From an uncultured virus (IMG/VR IMGVR_UViG_3300036944_000487) (lineage: Duplodnaviria; Heunggongvirae; Uroviricota; Caudoviricetes): DNA of 20,000 nucleotides. Below are positions 1 through 9,170 of this stretch, in pieces (position 1 is the stretch's first letter; each line of letters opens with the position of its first letter). The stretch lies in IMG/VR virus record IMGVR_UViG_3300036944_000487; one strand, 5' to 3'. The notes beneath the pieces were generated by a model, which searched no databases, was not told where the DNA came from, and saw only the letters and a program-made list of their open reading frames with translations. The position numbers and the translations under genes were made by a program.

Positions 1-268
1 CAACTCCACCAGAAACCAGGCTGGCCAGGCCTACTGCAGCTTCCGGGAGACCAACTGCACCCTTTGCTGCCATCACGGCTGCATCTCTCAGGAGGTCTTC
101 AGGAGATCTCCCCGGATCAACCAAAGCCCGATTCGCAGCAACTGCTTGTTGGTATTCCTGAAGATCCGCAACCTTGCTCCTCAGAGCTTGGGATATGGAC
201 TCCTGCTTCGGAGCATTCAGAGAATCCAACTTCCGACGAAAGTAGTCGGTAGCAGAGAAATCATTCAT
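1..268 (-). CDS. N-terminus of a gene truncated by the window edge, probably the N4-like virion RNA polymerase (gp50 position)
   Basis: Not in the ORF track; translated by hand. ATG at 268 opens an uninterrupted frame to base 1: MNDFSATDYFRRKLDSLNAPKQESISQALRSKVADLQEYQQAVAANRALVDPGRSPEDLLRDAAVMAAKGAVGLPEAAVGLASLVSGGV. Identity is inferred from synteny (downstream of gp52/gp51-like genes) and from the hairpin promoters in the early region. No polymerase motif lies inside the window. Confidence 0.6.
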   Translation of the reverse strand, partial: MNDFSATDYFRRKLDSLNAPKQESISQALRSKVADLQEYQQAVAANRALVDPGRSPEDLLRDAAVMAAKGAVGLPEAAVGLASLVSGGV

Positions 269-310
269 GGTGGAGATACTCGGAAGGTGGGCTTCCGATA
301 TTCTCCCTCA

Positions 311-340
311 AAACAAAAAGGAGGCCTAAGCCTCCCTTTT
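311..340 (-). terminator. Rho-independent terminator, possibly bidirectional
   Basis: Minus strand reads GGAGGC-TTAG-GCCTCC-TTTTTGTTTT just after the 362..598 ORF. The plus strand also has TTTT after the stem. Confidence 0.8.
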
Positions 341-361
341 GATTCAGTATTTCAAACCATA

Positions 362-598
362 CTAACTTCGAGGATACATCCCTCGATATACCCAACGGAT
401 TGCCCACATCAGTGCGACCGGACCAAGTAAAACCCCAGCGCTGACGGACGCAAGCGTCAGAGTATCTCGAGCAGTCAACACGGGTCCATCCATCAGCCTG
501 GACGCCAGGACTGCAACGTAGAAAAGAGAAAGGCTCCCCCACAAGACGTAGAAGAGCCTCTTAGCTCCGGCTTCAAATCGAGCTCGATTGGTGTTCAT
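362..598 (-). CDS. Small membrane protein (78 aa, two predicted TM helices), function unknown
   Basis: Fills the gap between the gp51-like gene and the terminator, in the operon direction. Two hydrophobic segments: LFYVLWGSLSLFYVAVLA and LTLASVSAGVLLGPVALMWAI. Confidence 0.65.
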   Translation of the reverse strand: MNTNRARFEAGAKRLFYVLWGSLSLFYVAVLASRLMDGPVLTARDTLTLASVSAGVLLGPVALMWAIRWVYRGMYPRS

Positions 599-622
599 CG
601 AGGCACTCTACCAGACACCTGT

Positions 623-1867
623 TTACTTCTTCTTCGCACTCGCCCCAGGGTTCTCCACCGCGTTGAGTCGAGCGTTCATGTAAGCAGTGAAATCCTGTAC
701 GGTTTTGTTCTGCTTGTACTCTCGCCCGTCAGCAAGCTGAGACTGAACGATCTGCTTCATTGACTGGGTCAAGTTCTCGTCCATGGAGTTGGCCATGCCT
801 TCGTTCCAAGCCACAAGACCTCGCAGCCCATTGGGATCTCGTTCGTTGCGATCAGGGATCAACTGGTCGGATGCACCAAGGATCGCTTGTTTCACCAAGC
901 TGAGAGGGATCGGTACTTTCTTGGTGTCCAGCTTGTTGTCGCCGTTCACGTACGGGAGCTCCATCTCCCCACCAATCTGTTGAAGGCGACGGATCATCGC
1001 CTCACGCTTGCCAGCATGAAGCACTCCGTTCTTCACCAGCATCTCGTTCAAGGACTGCGTGTCATTGGGGTTTAGCACCCCATCCACGTAGATGTTGCCT
1101 GCGTCCTTCAACAAGGAGATCTGGCCTGCTGCCTTGGTCGCTGCTTCCTGCTTGATTCGATCGGCTTCCGCAAGCTGCGCACGTCGACCAATCTCCTCGA
1201 CAGCTGCCACAGAAGCACCAGCAGCAGCTTCACTCGCTGCAGTGCTGGCTCGCATCTGGTTCCTTCGAAGAGGGTCAGTCAGCCTAGCTTGCTCAAGGTC
1301 ATAGGCCGCTTTTTCCCGCTCGATCTTGGTCTTTGCCCGTTCGTCTCCAGTCTTGATCGCTGCCTGTTCCGCAAGCGTGATCGCGTTCAGCATCTGACCA
1401 GGATTCCGCATCGAAGAAGCCATGGTTCGGGCGTCAGCGTACTTGCCTCGGGTCATCAGAGCCGTGACTTCTTGCTCCCATGGCTTGTCCAGACGAGCAG
1501 CTTCAGCCTCTGCAAACTGGTTTGCTGCTGTGGTCTGTTGACGGAGGCTGGTCAGTCGAGCCTCATCAGCACCGCGTACTGCAGCCAAGCCTTCCGGGTT
1601 CAGCCGAGCCTTCAGAACATCCAGGTTTCCACTGGCTTGCAGCTGAGCCAGCTCCTCAGGAGTCTTGGCTTGCGACAGCGCATCCAGGAACGCCTGTTTG
1701 TTGGCCTCGTGCCCCTTCGCTACCTCGTTGGCATCGAAGGATTCACGCTGCTGGAGGAGCTTGTTGAAGATCCCGAAGGCATCGTTGACTGAGCCAGCAG
1801 CACTCTGCATGCCCTGAGCCACGCCTGCTGTCGAAGGCGCATCGACATTCCGCCAGGTGATGGCCAT
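623..1867 (-). CDS. Internal virion/ejection protein (N4 gp51 position)
   Basis: 414 aa, Ala/Gln-rich helical protein starting MAITWRNVDAP; lies between the gp52-like gene and the presumed vRNAP gene; starts 3 nt after the upstream stop. Confidence 0.7.
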   Translation of the reverse strand: MAITWRNVDAPSTAGVAQGMQSAAGSVNDAFGIFNKLLQQRESFDANEVAKGHEANKQAFLDALSQAKTPEELAQLQASGNLDVLKARLNPEGLAAVRGADEARLTSLRQQTTAANQFAEAEAARLDKPWEQEVTALMTRGKYADARTMASSMRNPGQMLNAITLAEQAAIKTGDERAKTKIEREKAAYDLEQARLTDPLRRNQMRASTAASEAAAGASVAAVEEIGRRAQLAEADRIKQEAATKAAGQISLLKDAGNIYVDGVLNPNDTQSLNEMLVKNGVLHAGKREAMIRRLQQIGGEMELPYVNGDNKLDTKKVPIPLSLVKQAILGASDQLIPDRNERDPNGLRGLVAWNEGMANSMDENLTQSMKQIVQSQLADGREYKQNKTVQDFTAYMNARLNAVENPGASAKKK

Positions 1868-1870
1868 GGC

Positions 1871-2332
1871 TTAGCGCCCCTTGATACCGTTGGCCGACAT
1901 GTAGTCACCCACCGACTGGTAGGCACCTGCATTCGAAGCCACACGAGCTCGCTGACGATCTTCCATCTGAGCGTTGGTCGTGGTTCGTTGAGCGTCGTAG
2001 TTCAGGCCGAACTGCTTCTTGGATTCACGCAGTTGATCCTTGGCCAGACCGTACTGCTTCATGCCCATGAAAGCATTGAAGATGCCTTGTGCCCCACCCA
2101 GAGCCATGCCACCCCAGCCTTGGGAACCTTCCTTCGAGAGGAAGTTGTCCCAGATGCTCGTCGGCTTCCCGGCACCACCCAGTGCAGAGTCCCCCAACGC
2201 AGGAAGCTGGAAACCAGACATGTCGGGTGCACTCATCGAGTTCAGACCCATCGGGGGTGCGAATCCAGGCATGCTGGTTTGAGGCTGCTTACCGTACTGC
2301 CCCAGTTGCAGATAGTCTTCCCACATACTCAT
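1871..2332 (-). CDS. Small virion structural/ejection protein (N4 gp52-like)
   Basis: 153 aa with a Gly-rich segment followed by KQYGLAKDQLRESKKQFGLNYDAQRTTTNAQMEDRQRAR, typical of N4 gp52 homologues; ATGA overlap with the upstream gene; GGAG Shine-Dalgarno (SD) site. Confidence 0.8.
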   Translation of the reverse strand: MSMWEDYLQLGQYGKQPQTSMPGFAPPMGLNSMSAPDMSGFQLPALGDSALGGAGKPTSIWDNFLSKEGSQGWGGMALGGAQGIFNAFMGMKQYGLAKDQLRESKKQFGLNYDAQRTTTNAQMEDRQRARVASNAGAYQSVGDYMSANGIKGR

Positions 2333-4539
2333 TCTCCTAGCGTGTCACTCAGTTCAGGGAGTCTCAGTGCCTGATCCACATACGTGGAAATCGCACTGAT
2401 ACCTATGACTCCGACATTACCGGAGTGGATAGTTCTATTGTAGTAGTCGTCAGGTGACTCACCGAATATCACGAAGGGATTCAGGTGAGTATTGTTTTCA
2501 AGCAGTTTCTGGGCTCGTTCAAACTCTTTTTCTGCTTCCGTTTGCAGTAGAGCCAGGCTGGAATACTCGTCTGCGATACCCTGCATCAGATCACTGATGT
2601 TGGCTCCCACCGCTTTGACCAGGCCGTTGGCTGTCTGTAAAAGCTCAATGGCCCAGGGTGCTCCTTTGATCGAGCCAGCGTTGATTGCCTTGAAGAACCC
2701 AGTCATGGCCAGTACCACGGCCAGAATCAGCGCCAGGTCCATGCCCAGTGCTTTCACCAGGAGCTGGAACAACTCCCCGACAACCAAGCTGATGACGATC
2801 TTTTCCAGCAAAGCCAGCGCAGCAATAGTGATTGCTGCGACGTCTCCACCGACAACTGCCGCAATGATGGCTCCACCATCAGCACCCAGACTGGCTACAG
2901 TCATCGTGATAGCTACCACCATGACGACAAACTGAAAGAACTCCGTCTCGTACCACCTCAACTTGATCGTCTCTGCACAGTTGAATACGTAGTGCAGCGA
3001 CCTGGAGAAAAGAACCTCTCGTTCCCTAAATGAGTAGTCTTCCACCAGTGAGAGATCGATCGGAATCAGAAGAATTGGTTCTTCATCTTCAGCGGTTTCG
3101 TAGTAGCCGTCCAAGATCTCGTACGCCATGATCAGCGCGACAACCTGGATCTCTTGGTACTGCGTTTCGTTCAACTGCTTTCGGTACGTGTGAACCCCGA
3201 CAGGCACTTCGACCGTAATCGGGTTCTCCTCGTTGACGTACCCTTGCTCCACCATGATCGTGGAGTACGCACTGCTGTACGAACCTACGGGACCGATGAC
3301 ACCAGTGACGTTGTACCGATAGACGCCTGCGTTCGACAAAGCCATCTTTACTCGAGCGTCTTCAATCAAGACGACGCTTCTAGCCAAGTTGGGTTCGTTG
3401 TACAACGCAATGGATATTTCCGCCGCTTCCTGGGATTCGAACTGCGGCCCTTGGATCCAGATGTTCTCGAAGAACGTATAGAGGTATTTGAGTTCGAGCT
3501 GGTTCGTGGTGTTTGCTGAAACACCCATCATGATGAAAGCCTGCTCGACATCAGCGATGTCGGGGTTCTCGTCGATCGACTCTGCTACCTGGTCATAGTC
3601 AATGCCCAGGTACTTCACCAGCTTCTTGCTTGTGAGGTAAGCCGAAGAAGTTGGGTTGGTGATGTCCGAGACTTTGTTGAATCGGAAATGGGCGAAAGGC
3701 AAGTACGTCCCGTTGATCCCAGGATCAGCCAGGTAGGCAGCATCAATCGTGGGATACGTTCCCGCACCAGCCTCATACATCCAGTACTTGGTCACCCCAC
3801 CAACGATGTACTTCACATGGTAGTAGTCACTCAACGGATTCAGCCCACCTAACGTAATCGTTAGGTTCTCTTCGACCCACTCCAGAAGTGGCAAGTGAAT
3901 GTAGGTCACTTGAACTTCCGGAACAGAAATCCCGTCCGATGTGTACACCGGGTTATCAGGCGCTGCAGCAGCCGTTTCCGGGGTGTAGGTAGTTCGTCTT
4001 GGGGTGTAGCCTGTGTAGGGGGGATTTCCCCACTGATCCACTGTACCTGGGCGATAACTTGCAACGTCTGCAGAAGGAACCGCTAGAACCATGTTCTCCA
4101 GATAAACCGTGTACCCTCTAAGCGCACTGAGCACAGGTAGTTGGTTCGTATCCGGGTTGTAGCCGTACGTCTCGATCAACCGTATCCAGGCGATATGCAG
4201 ACTGTTGGGAGGCCCCAGATTGCAGTAGTTCAACTCAACCGTTGCGCCTTCGAGCGTCTCGAGCACATCCGTGATTTCATCTCTGCCTTGAAGAGCAGAC
4301 ATGGTCTGGCCTGAAGGTAGGCCATGTACGTAGTGATCCCGCCCATAGCGGTACATCTGATCCGCCTGGATGCTGATGCTTGACAGCAGGCTTTCTTGAA
4401 TCGACTCGTTGATGTCTGTTCCCTGAAACAGGGAATTCAGAATTCCAGTTTGAGCCGAATCCGGTAGCAACTCGTCTGAGATGACCCGACTGACGATCGT
4501 ACCAACGACCGTTTGCGTGGAGCTACCAAAGAAGCCCAT
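2329..4539 (-). CDS. Virion protein (N4 gp53-like) with C-terminal hydrophobic helices
   Basis: 736 aa; N-terminus MGFFGSSTQTVVGTIVSRVI; C-terminal TM-like block after KLRWYETEFFQ; ESPDDYYNRT motif near the end; synteny. Confidence 0.8.
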   Translation of the reverse strand: MGFFGSSTQTVVGTIVSRVISDELLPDSAQTGILNSLFQGTDINESIQESLLSSISIQADQMYRYGRDHYVHGLPSGQTMSALQGRDEITDVLETLEGATVELNYCNLGPPNSLHIAWIRLIETYGYNPDTNQLPVLSALRGYTVYLENMVLAVPSADVASYRPGTVDQWGNPPYTGYTPRRTTYTPETAAAAPDNPVYTSDGISVPEVQVTYIHLPLLEWVEENLTITLGGLNPLSDYYHVKYIVGGVTKYWMYEAGAGTYPTIDAAYLADPGINGTYLPFAHFRFNKVSDITNPTSSAYLTSKKLVKYLGIDYDQVAESIDENPDIADVEQAFIMMGVSANTTNQLELKYLYTFFENIWIQGPQFESQEAAEISIALYNEPNLARSVVLIEDARVKMALSNAGVYRYNVTGVIGPVGSYSSAYSTIMVEQGYVNEENPITVEVPVGVHTYRKQLNETQYQEIQVVALIMAYEILDGYYETAEDEEPILLIPIDLSLVEDYSFREREVLFSRSLHYVFNCAETIKLRWYETEFFQFVVMVVAITMTVASLGADGGAIIAAVVGGDVAAITIAALALLEKIVISLVVGELFQLLVKALGMDLALILAVVLAMTGFFKAINAGSIKGAPWAIELLQTANGLVKAVGANISDLMQGIADEYSSLALLQTEAEKEFERAQKLLENNTHLNPFVIFGESPDDYYNRTIHSGNVGVIGISAISTYVDQALRLPELSDTLGE

Positions 4540-5444
4540 TACACGCCAGAAGCACCGACACCCTCAAGCAGCTTGGTGACGGCCTGACCCACAAAGGAAT
4601 CACCCAACTTGTTGGTTCCGTCTGCGACGGTGGCTTCGTCCGTAGCACGACGAGTGCTCCAAGAGTCGATCAGCAGCTTGGCCGCTTTCTGTTCTGCGTC
4701 TCGCGTGAAGCCTGTGGTCTGAGCTCCGTACAAAGCCTTCTGCTTGCCCACCACACTGTTCGCGTCCGTACCTGCTTCGATCGTCTGAGCCTTCTCGGTG
4801 TTCGTCTTCCACAGCAGCAAGGAAGTTTCCTGGGCGGTCTTCAGCTTGGTCTCCAGCAGAACATCCAGCTCCACTTGCAGCTTTTCCTTTTGAGCGTCCA
4901 GGACCAGACCCTCGGTAACAGCATTCGCTGTCTGCTGGTTTACCAGCAGCGTCTGGGCAGCGATCTGCAGACCTCGAGTAATCAACTCCGCAGTCTGCTG
5001 GATGGCTTGATCCTTGTTGGCATCAATGAGCAGACCCTGCTTGGGAATGTTCGCTGCCTCAGCCGTGAGGTTCGCTTGCTGTTGTTCGATCAGCAAGGTC
5101 TGTGCTTCGATCTGTGCGATCTCAGCCGGGATCTTGGCTTGACTGGCCGTGAGCATGGCCAGCTCAACGGTGGCCTTCTGAACCTGCAACTCGGCCAGAG
5201 CCAGTTGCTGAGTCAGGATGTCTGCTTCCAGACCAATCTTGTGCTTCTGAGCCAGGAAGTTCAGACCCGTCTGCATCGCCAGATTCAGCGAGCCCAGATA
5301 GACCGTGGCGTACTCGGCACCCTTGATCGCACCACGCTTGAACTCTTCATCGAGGTGGCTTTTCACTGCCCGCATCAGGACATCAAAAAGCCCCTCCCCG
5401 TCAGGGAATGTCGTGGTCAGGTCATCAGTGGTGATGGTCGTCAT
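4539..5444 (-). CDS. Virion structural protein (N4 gp54-like)
   Basis: 301 aa; GEGLFDVLMRAVKSHLDEEF...IKGAEYATVYLG N-terminus, coiled-coil middle, GKQKALYGAQTTGFTRDAEQKAAK C-terminus; synteny. Confidence 0.82.
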   Translation of the reverse strand: MTTITTDDLTTTFPDGEGLFDVLMRAVKSHLDEEFKRGAIKGAEYATVYLGSLNLAMQTGLNFLAQKHKIGLEADILTQQLALAELQVQKATVELAMLTASQAKIPAEIAQIEAQTLLIEQQQANLTAEAANIPKQGLLIDANKDQAIQQTAELITRGLQIAAQTLLVNQQTANAVTEGLVLDAQKEKLQVELDVLLETKLKTAQETSLLLWKTNTEKAQTIEAGTDANSVVGKQKALYGAQTTGFTRDAEQKAAKLLIDSWSTRRATDEATVADGTNKLGDSFVGQAVTKLLEGVGASGV

Positions 5445-5470
5445 GGTCTACCTGGTTCAGTTGCTGGAGA

Positions 5471-6019
5471 TCAGTCCGTCTCAGCCATGGCCTGACGTTG
5501 AGCCAGGTCACGAAGCTCTTCCTGCGTCAGCGGAGGAAGGATCTCGATAGCAAACTCCTTGATGAGCTTGCCTTGCTTGATCGACACACCGTTCTTCGTC
5601 TTGGACGTGACGAAAATCTGGCACATGCGGTCTTGCATGAAGTCCAGGAGGATCTTGGGCACATGCCAGCCATCCTCAGCGTTGAAGGGGACGAACTTCG
5701 TCACCGTACCCACGAGGGAGTTCCCGACAGTGAACAGCTCACCTTGCCACTCGGCTTTGATGGGGTTCATGCAGGCGAGACGAATTCGGATCAGAACCAG
5801 CTGCTCGTTGCGCATGCGCTCCAGAGCCTGGCCTTCGGTTTCTTTGAATACGTCGACAGCAGCCTTTTCCGGCTCCTTGGGCTTGTCACCCATCACAGCA
5901 CTTAGCTTCTCTTTCAGCTTCTCGACGCCGATGGAAGGGTGGTACAGGACGCCCAGCAAATCAGCTCGGGCCTTCAGGGTGGACAGCTCGTCTTGGGTCA
6001 GTTCGGACATGGTGCTCAT
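5471..6019 (-). CDS. Conserved N4 gp55-like protein
   Basis: 182 aa; LKARADLLGVLYHPSIGVEKLKEK and KEFAIEILPPLTQEELRDLAQRQA motifs; immediately downstream of the capsid gene. The start could be 6010. Confidence 0.82.
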   Translation of the reverse strand: MSTMSELTQDELSTLKARADLLGVLYHPSIGVEKLKEKLSAVMGDKPKEPEKAAVDVFKETEGQALERMRNEQLVLIRIRLACMNPIKAEWQGELFTVGNSLVGTVTKFVPFNAEDGWHVPKILLDFMQDRMCQIFVTSKTKNGVSIKQGKLIKEFAIEILPPLTQEELRDLAQRQAMAETD

Positions 6020-6032
6020 CTCGTTGTAGGTT

Positions 6033-6057
6033 AAAAAGTAGGGGCCGAAGCCCCTAC
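6033..6057 (-). terminator. Rho-independent terminator after the major capsid gene
   Basis: Minus strand GTAGGGGC-TTCG-GCCCCTAC-TTTTT: 8-bp stem, cUUCGg loop, U tract. Confidence 0.9.
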
Positions 6058-6073
6058 CTCACTCGACACTGGC

Positions 6074-7579
6074 TTAGATGCGGGCCAGCGAACGCAGGAG
6101 AGCCAGGCGCTCCGGACGCAGCAGCATGAAGGCGTAGTACCACTTGATCGACATGAAGCCGGTCTCGCCGTACGGATCGTTCCGGTCTGCAGTCTCCATG
6201 CCAGGCTTCTTGTGCATGATCGTGAACTTCACGGTCTTGCCATCGGTCTGGAAGCCGATCGTTGCGAAGCTCTCGTCACCCACCACCAGCAGCGGGAACA
6301 CGTCGAATCGACCCGCCGTGGTGTAGAAGTCGGCAGCAGACGTGGTACCCGTGGGCCAGGTGGTAGCTGCACTGGTCAGAGCACCAGCACCCGCCCACTT
6401 CAGCATCTCCGGAACCACGACCAGACGGAACGCATCCACCGCACCGACTTCACCAACGAGGGTGTTGCCAGCTTCCGCGTACTTCTCGACCGAGACGAAC
6501 GCCGGGTTGCCGTGCAGATCCTTCATGGCCTTGAAGGTCGGCAGCATCTCCGAGCCGATGTACAGCACTCGGCCAGACTGGATCGTCTTCGTATCCACCA
6601 TGCGCGAGCCGGTGATGTACGTGGTCTTCTTCGGAGTGCGGTTGTTGTCCAGCGCGATCGACAGACGCATCAGCGCCTTGTAGTCCACCTCGCAGTTCGT
6701 GGTCGCACCGCTGGTGGGGATCATGCCCCGGTTGGTCGTTGCACCGCCGCAGAAGATGTTCGTGCCAGCCGAGTTGATCAGGTCGACCTGGAGAGCGTCT
6801 TCCGTGATCTCGTTGGCACCACGAAGCATCTCGCGGTTGATGTGCATCGCCAGGTCAGCGTCCGAGTCGAAGTCCATCGACTCTTGGGTGTACTCGTCGA
6901 AGAAGCCGAACTTGGCGAGGGTGCCTTCCAGCTCCTTACGCTTGAAGCCCACCTTGTTGACCTTGCCACCGGTTTCCGACAGAGCCGGGAGCTTGCCGCT
7001 GACGGCACCGATGTCCTTCGAAGAACCCCACAGGTTGCCCGAACCCTGTTGCTTCACGGCACCGATGTTGTAGCCGACGATGGTGGTGACAGCGGCTTCC
7101 GTCGCGTACTTCACCGAGGTCTTGTTCATCGTGATGAGACGGTAACCCGTGCCACCCGAATCAGCAGCACCAGCCACAGCGACCGTTTCAGCACCACGCG
7201 CAGCGGTGTTGACGTTGGCGTTGATGGCCGTGACCTTGGCAGCGTAGCCAGCTTCCAGGTCGATCCACTGAGCCGGGAAGTTGGCGAAGAAGTCCGTGGT
7301 CAGGATGGTCGCACCGTTGGCGTCCAGGCCTTGGTCGTTCAGGTTGCGGTCGTCCAGCATCGGGAGATACAGGTACCGCTTGATCTTCTTGCCCATGTTC
7401 TTGGGCATCGAGACCACATCGGCCAGTTGGCCGAAGTACTGCTCCTTGACGACTTCGATCAGGGCTTTCTTCTGATAGAAGAAGTCGTTGCTCAGCTGGC
7501 CGATCTGGGTCACGCCGTTGATGATGCCCGAGCTGTTGACGCTCGAGCTGGTACCGCCCGTGTTGTACTTGGTGGTCAT
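6074..7579 (-). CDS. Major capsid protein (N4 gp56-like), 501 aa
   Basis: Motifs EQYFGQLADVVSMPKNMGKKIK, LDDRNLNDQGLDANG, GNLWGSSKDIG, FGFFDEYTQESMDFDSD, DPYGETGFMSIKWYY. Start set at ATG 7579 (MTTKYN) behind an AAAGGA SD rather than the ORF-track start at 7642. Confidence 0.93.
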   Translation of the reverse strand: MTTKYNTGGTSSSVNSSGIINGVTQIGQLSNDFFYQKKALIEVVKEQYFGQLADVVSMPKNMGKKIKRYLYLPMLDDRNLNDQGLDANGATILTTDFFANFPAQWIDLEAGYAAKVTAINANVNTAARGAETVAVAGAADSGGTGYRLITMNKTSVKYATEAAVTTIVGYNIGAVKQQGSGNLWGSSKDIGAVSGKLPALSETGGKVNKVGFKRKELEGTLAKFGFFDEYTQESMDFDSDADLAMHINREMLRGANEITEDALQVDLINSAGTNIFCGGATTNRGMIPTSGATTNCEVDYKALMRLSIALDNNRTPKKTTYITGSRMVDTKTIQSGRVLYIGSEMLPTFKAMKDLHGNPAFVSVEKYAEAGNTLVGEVGAVDAFRLVVVPEMLKWAGAGALTSAATTWPTGTTSAADFYTTAGRFDVFPLLVVGDESFATIGFQTDGKTVKFTIMHKKPGMETADRNDPYGETGFMSIKWYYAFMLLRPERLALLRSLARI

Positions 7580-7604
7580 ATCGATTCCTTTGATGTGGTT
7601 CTGC

Positions 7605-8765
7605 TTAGAACCGTTTGGTAGCCAGCTTGCTGAACTCTTCATCCGACATCGACAGCGGATTGAAGTCCGCAGGAGTCGTTGAAGGTGCAGCAGCTTTCGT
7701 GGAGCTTGCAGCTCGTCTCTTGTCTTTCAACGTGTCGTCCTCGGCCACCTTGGCTTTCGGTTGCACGACCTCCAGAGGCTTGGGACGGTTCGTCACCTGG
7801 TTCTGAACCAAGTGGTTGAAGCCGCCTCGAGCCTGGATCGCGTCACCGGTTTGCCGGTAGGCTTCGATGTCAGACATGCCATTCAAGCGACCAAGCATTC
7901 GTTGCTTCTCGATCTCGGTACTGATCAGGTCATAGATGCCACTTGCAACATGGTCATTGATGACTTTCAGCAGTTGAGGCGACTGAGCCACGACTTGCTT
8001 GCTTGCAACGTCCCACTTATTGCTGACCACATCGAGGGTCCGGGTGTACGCAGGAGAGCCTTGGAGCTCATCCAGAACCGTATCCAGTTCCATCTCACGA
8101 TCGTCAACAGCGTAAGCAGTCTGCTTGTAAGCGCTTGCCTTCTCAGCATCCAGATCCATCGGATCCAGACCGCTGTCCTTCACCAGCTTGTTGATTGCGG
8201 CTGGGTCTTTCTTACCCAGGTCAATCAGAAAGCCAATTTTTTCCTCGCTCAGGAAGCCGTTGTTCTCAAGCATCTTCATGAGCTTGAGGTTCGGCTTGAG
8301 CGCGGCCATCTTCTTGTTGTAGTTGGCTCCCATCTGCATCAGAGCAACAGCGTCCTCGACACTGTCGACCTGGATGTCCCGGCCATTGGCCTTGAAGGGA
8401 GCCAGCAACTTCTTGTACTCAGCCTCGAAGTCGATCGCAGCCTTTTCTTTGGCTGCGTCTTCCTTCGGGGCTTCGTCTTTCGTTTCCTTCGGAGCATCAG
8501 TCGTTGCTTCTTCAGCAACCTTCTTCTTGCTCTTGTCCGCGTCAGCCGCATCCTCCGCGTCCGGCTTGTCGCCGTCCGCTTCGTCAGCGTCTTCCGCTTT
8601 GGTTTCTTCTTCCTTGGCTTCGTCTGCGTCGTCTGCAGCAGCAACCTCTTCTGTCACCTCAGCAACAGGTGCCGTCTCACTCGGAGGAGCTGCGTTGAGC
8701 ATCTCCTCATCGGACATGTTCAGGTAGTCCAGTTCGGTCACGGTCTTGTCGGTCGCATCAGCCAC
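7605..8765 (-). CDS. N4 gp57-like protein (often annotated tape measure; acidic and upstream of the capsid gene, so plausibly a scaffold)
   Basis: Acidic low-complexity N-terminus, then PFKANGRDIQV...LMQMGANYNKKM...; C-terminal NPLSMSDEEF echoes N-terminal YLNMSDEEM. Start placed at GTG 8765 behind GAGGAG. Confidence 0.8.
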   Translation of the reverse strand: MADATDKTVTELDYLNMSDEEMLNAAPPSETAPVAEVTEEVAAADDADEAKEEETKAEDADEADGDKPDAEDAADADKSKKKVAEEATTDAPKETKDEAPKEDAAKEKAAIDFEAEYKKLLAPFKANGRDIQVDSVEDAVALMQMGANYNKKMAALKPNLKLMKMLENNGFLSEEKIGFLIDLGKKDPAAINKLVKDSGLDPMDLDAEKASAYKQTAYAVDDREMELDTVLDELQGSPAYTRTLDVVSNKWDVASKQVVAQSPQLLKVINDHVASGIYDLISTEIEKQRMLGRLNGMSDIEAYRQTGDAIQARGGFNHLVQNQVTNRPKPLEVVQPKAKVAEDDTLKDKRRAASSTKAAAPSTTPADFNPLSMSDEEFSKLATKRF

Positions 8766-9105
8766 GTTGCTGCTCCTCGGCATTCATCTCTTCCAGCATC
8801 GCTTCGGACGAAGCGATGTTGTTGTGGGCCATCGAGGCCTGTTGGCTGATCGTCTGGAAGTACTGCAGCAAACCACCGATGGCATCGATCTGAGCCAGGA
8901 TGGAAGCCTTGCGCTCCGGGGTCTGCATCGCTGCATTGCCCTTCAGATGCACCAGGCGGACAGCTTCCTTCTCCAGATACCCTTCCACGATGACTTTCTT
9001 GAAGTCAGCGTTGAATGTCAGACGTTCCAGAGCGTTGTCCATCTCCACAAACTGGCGAGATGCCTTGATACTGTCTTCGAGTTGCGAAACCGGGTCTTGC
9101 GTCAT
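8758..9105 (-). CDS. N4 gp58-like conserved protein
   Basis: 115 aa; ALERLTFNADFKKVIVEGYLEKEAVRLV; lies between portal and the gp57-like gene. Confidence 0.78.
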   Translation of the reverse strand: MTQDPVSQLEDSIKASRQFVEMDNALERLTFNADFKKVIVEGYLEKEAVRLVHLKGNAAMQTPERKASILAQIDAIGGLLQYFQTISQQASMAHNNIASSEAMLEEMNAEEQQRG

Positions 9106-9137
9106 GTGTTCTATCAGTGCTGTCAGGAGTTAATAGA

Positions 9138-9161
9138 TACTGGCCTACTTCTAGGCCAGTA
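9138..9161. promoter_or_regulatory. Perfect intergenic inverted repeat between portal and the gp58-like gene
   Basis: TACTGGCCTA-CTTC-TAGGCCAGTA: 10-bp stem with no clear U tract; could be an attenuator, processing or stability element. Confidence 0.55.
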
Positions 9162-9170
9162 ATATACCAA

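Noticed and set aside
6212..7621. 469-aa plus-strand ORF antisense to the capsid gene, and similar shadows at 7761-8849, 9216-9953, 10035-10820 and 4875-5495
   Set aside because: They lie opposite well-supported genes, have no recognisable motifs, and are explained by codon bias in GC-rich genes leaving the antisense frame free of stops.
7580..7642. N-terminal extension of the capsid protein
   Set aside because: It overlaps the gp57-like C-terminus; ATG 7579 has a good SD.
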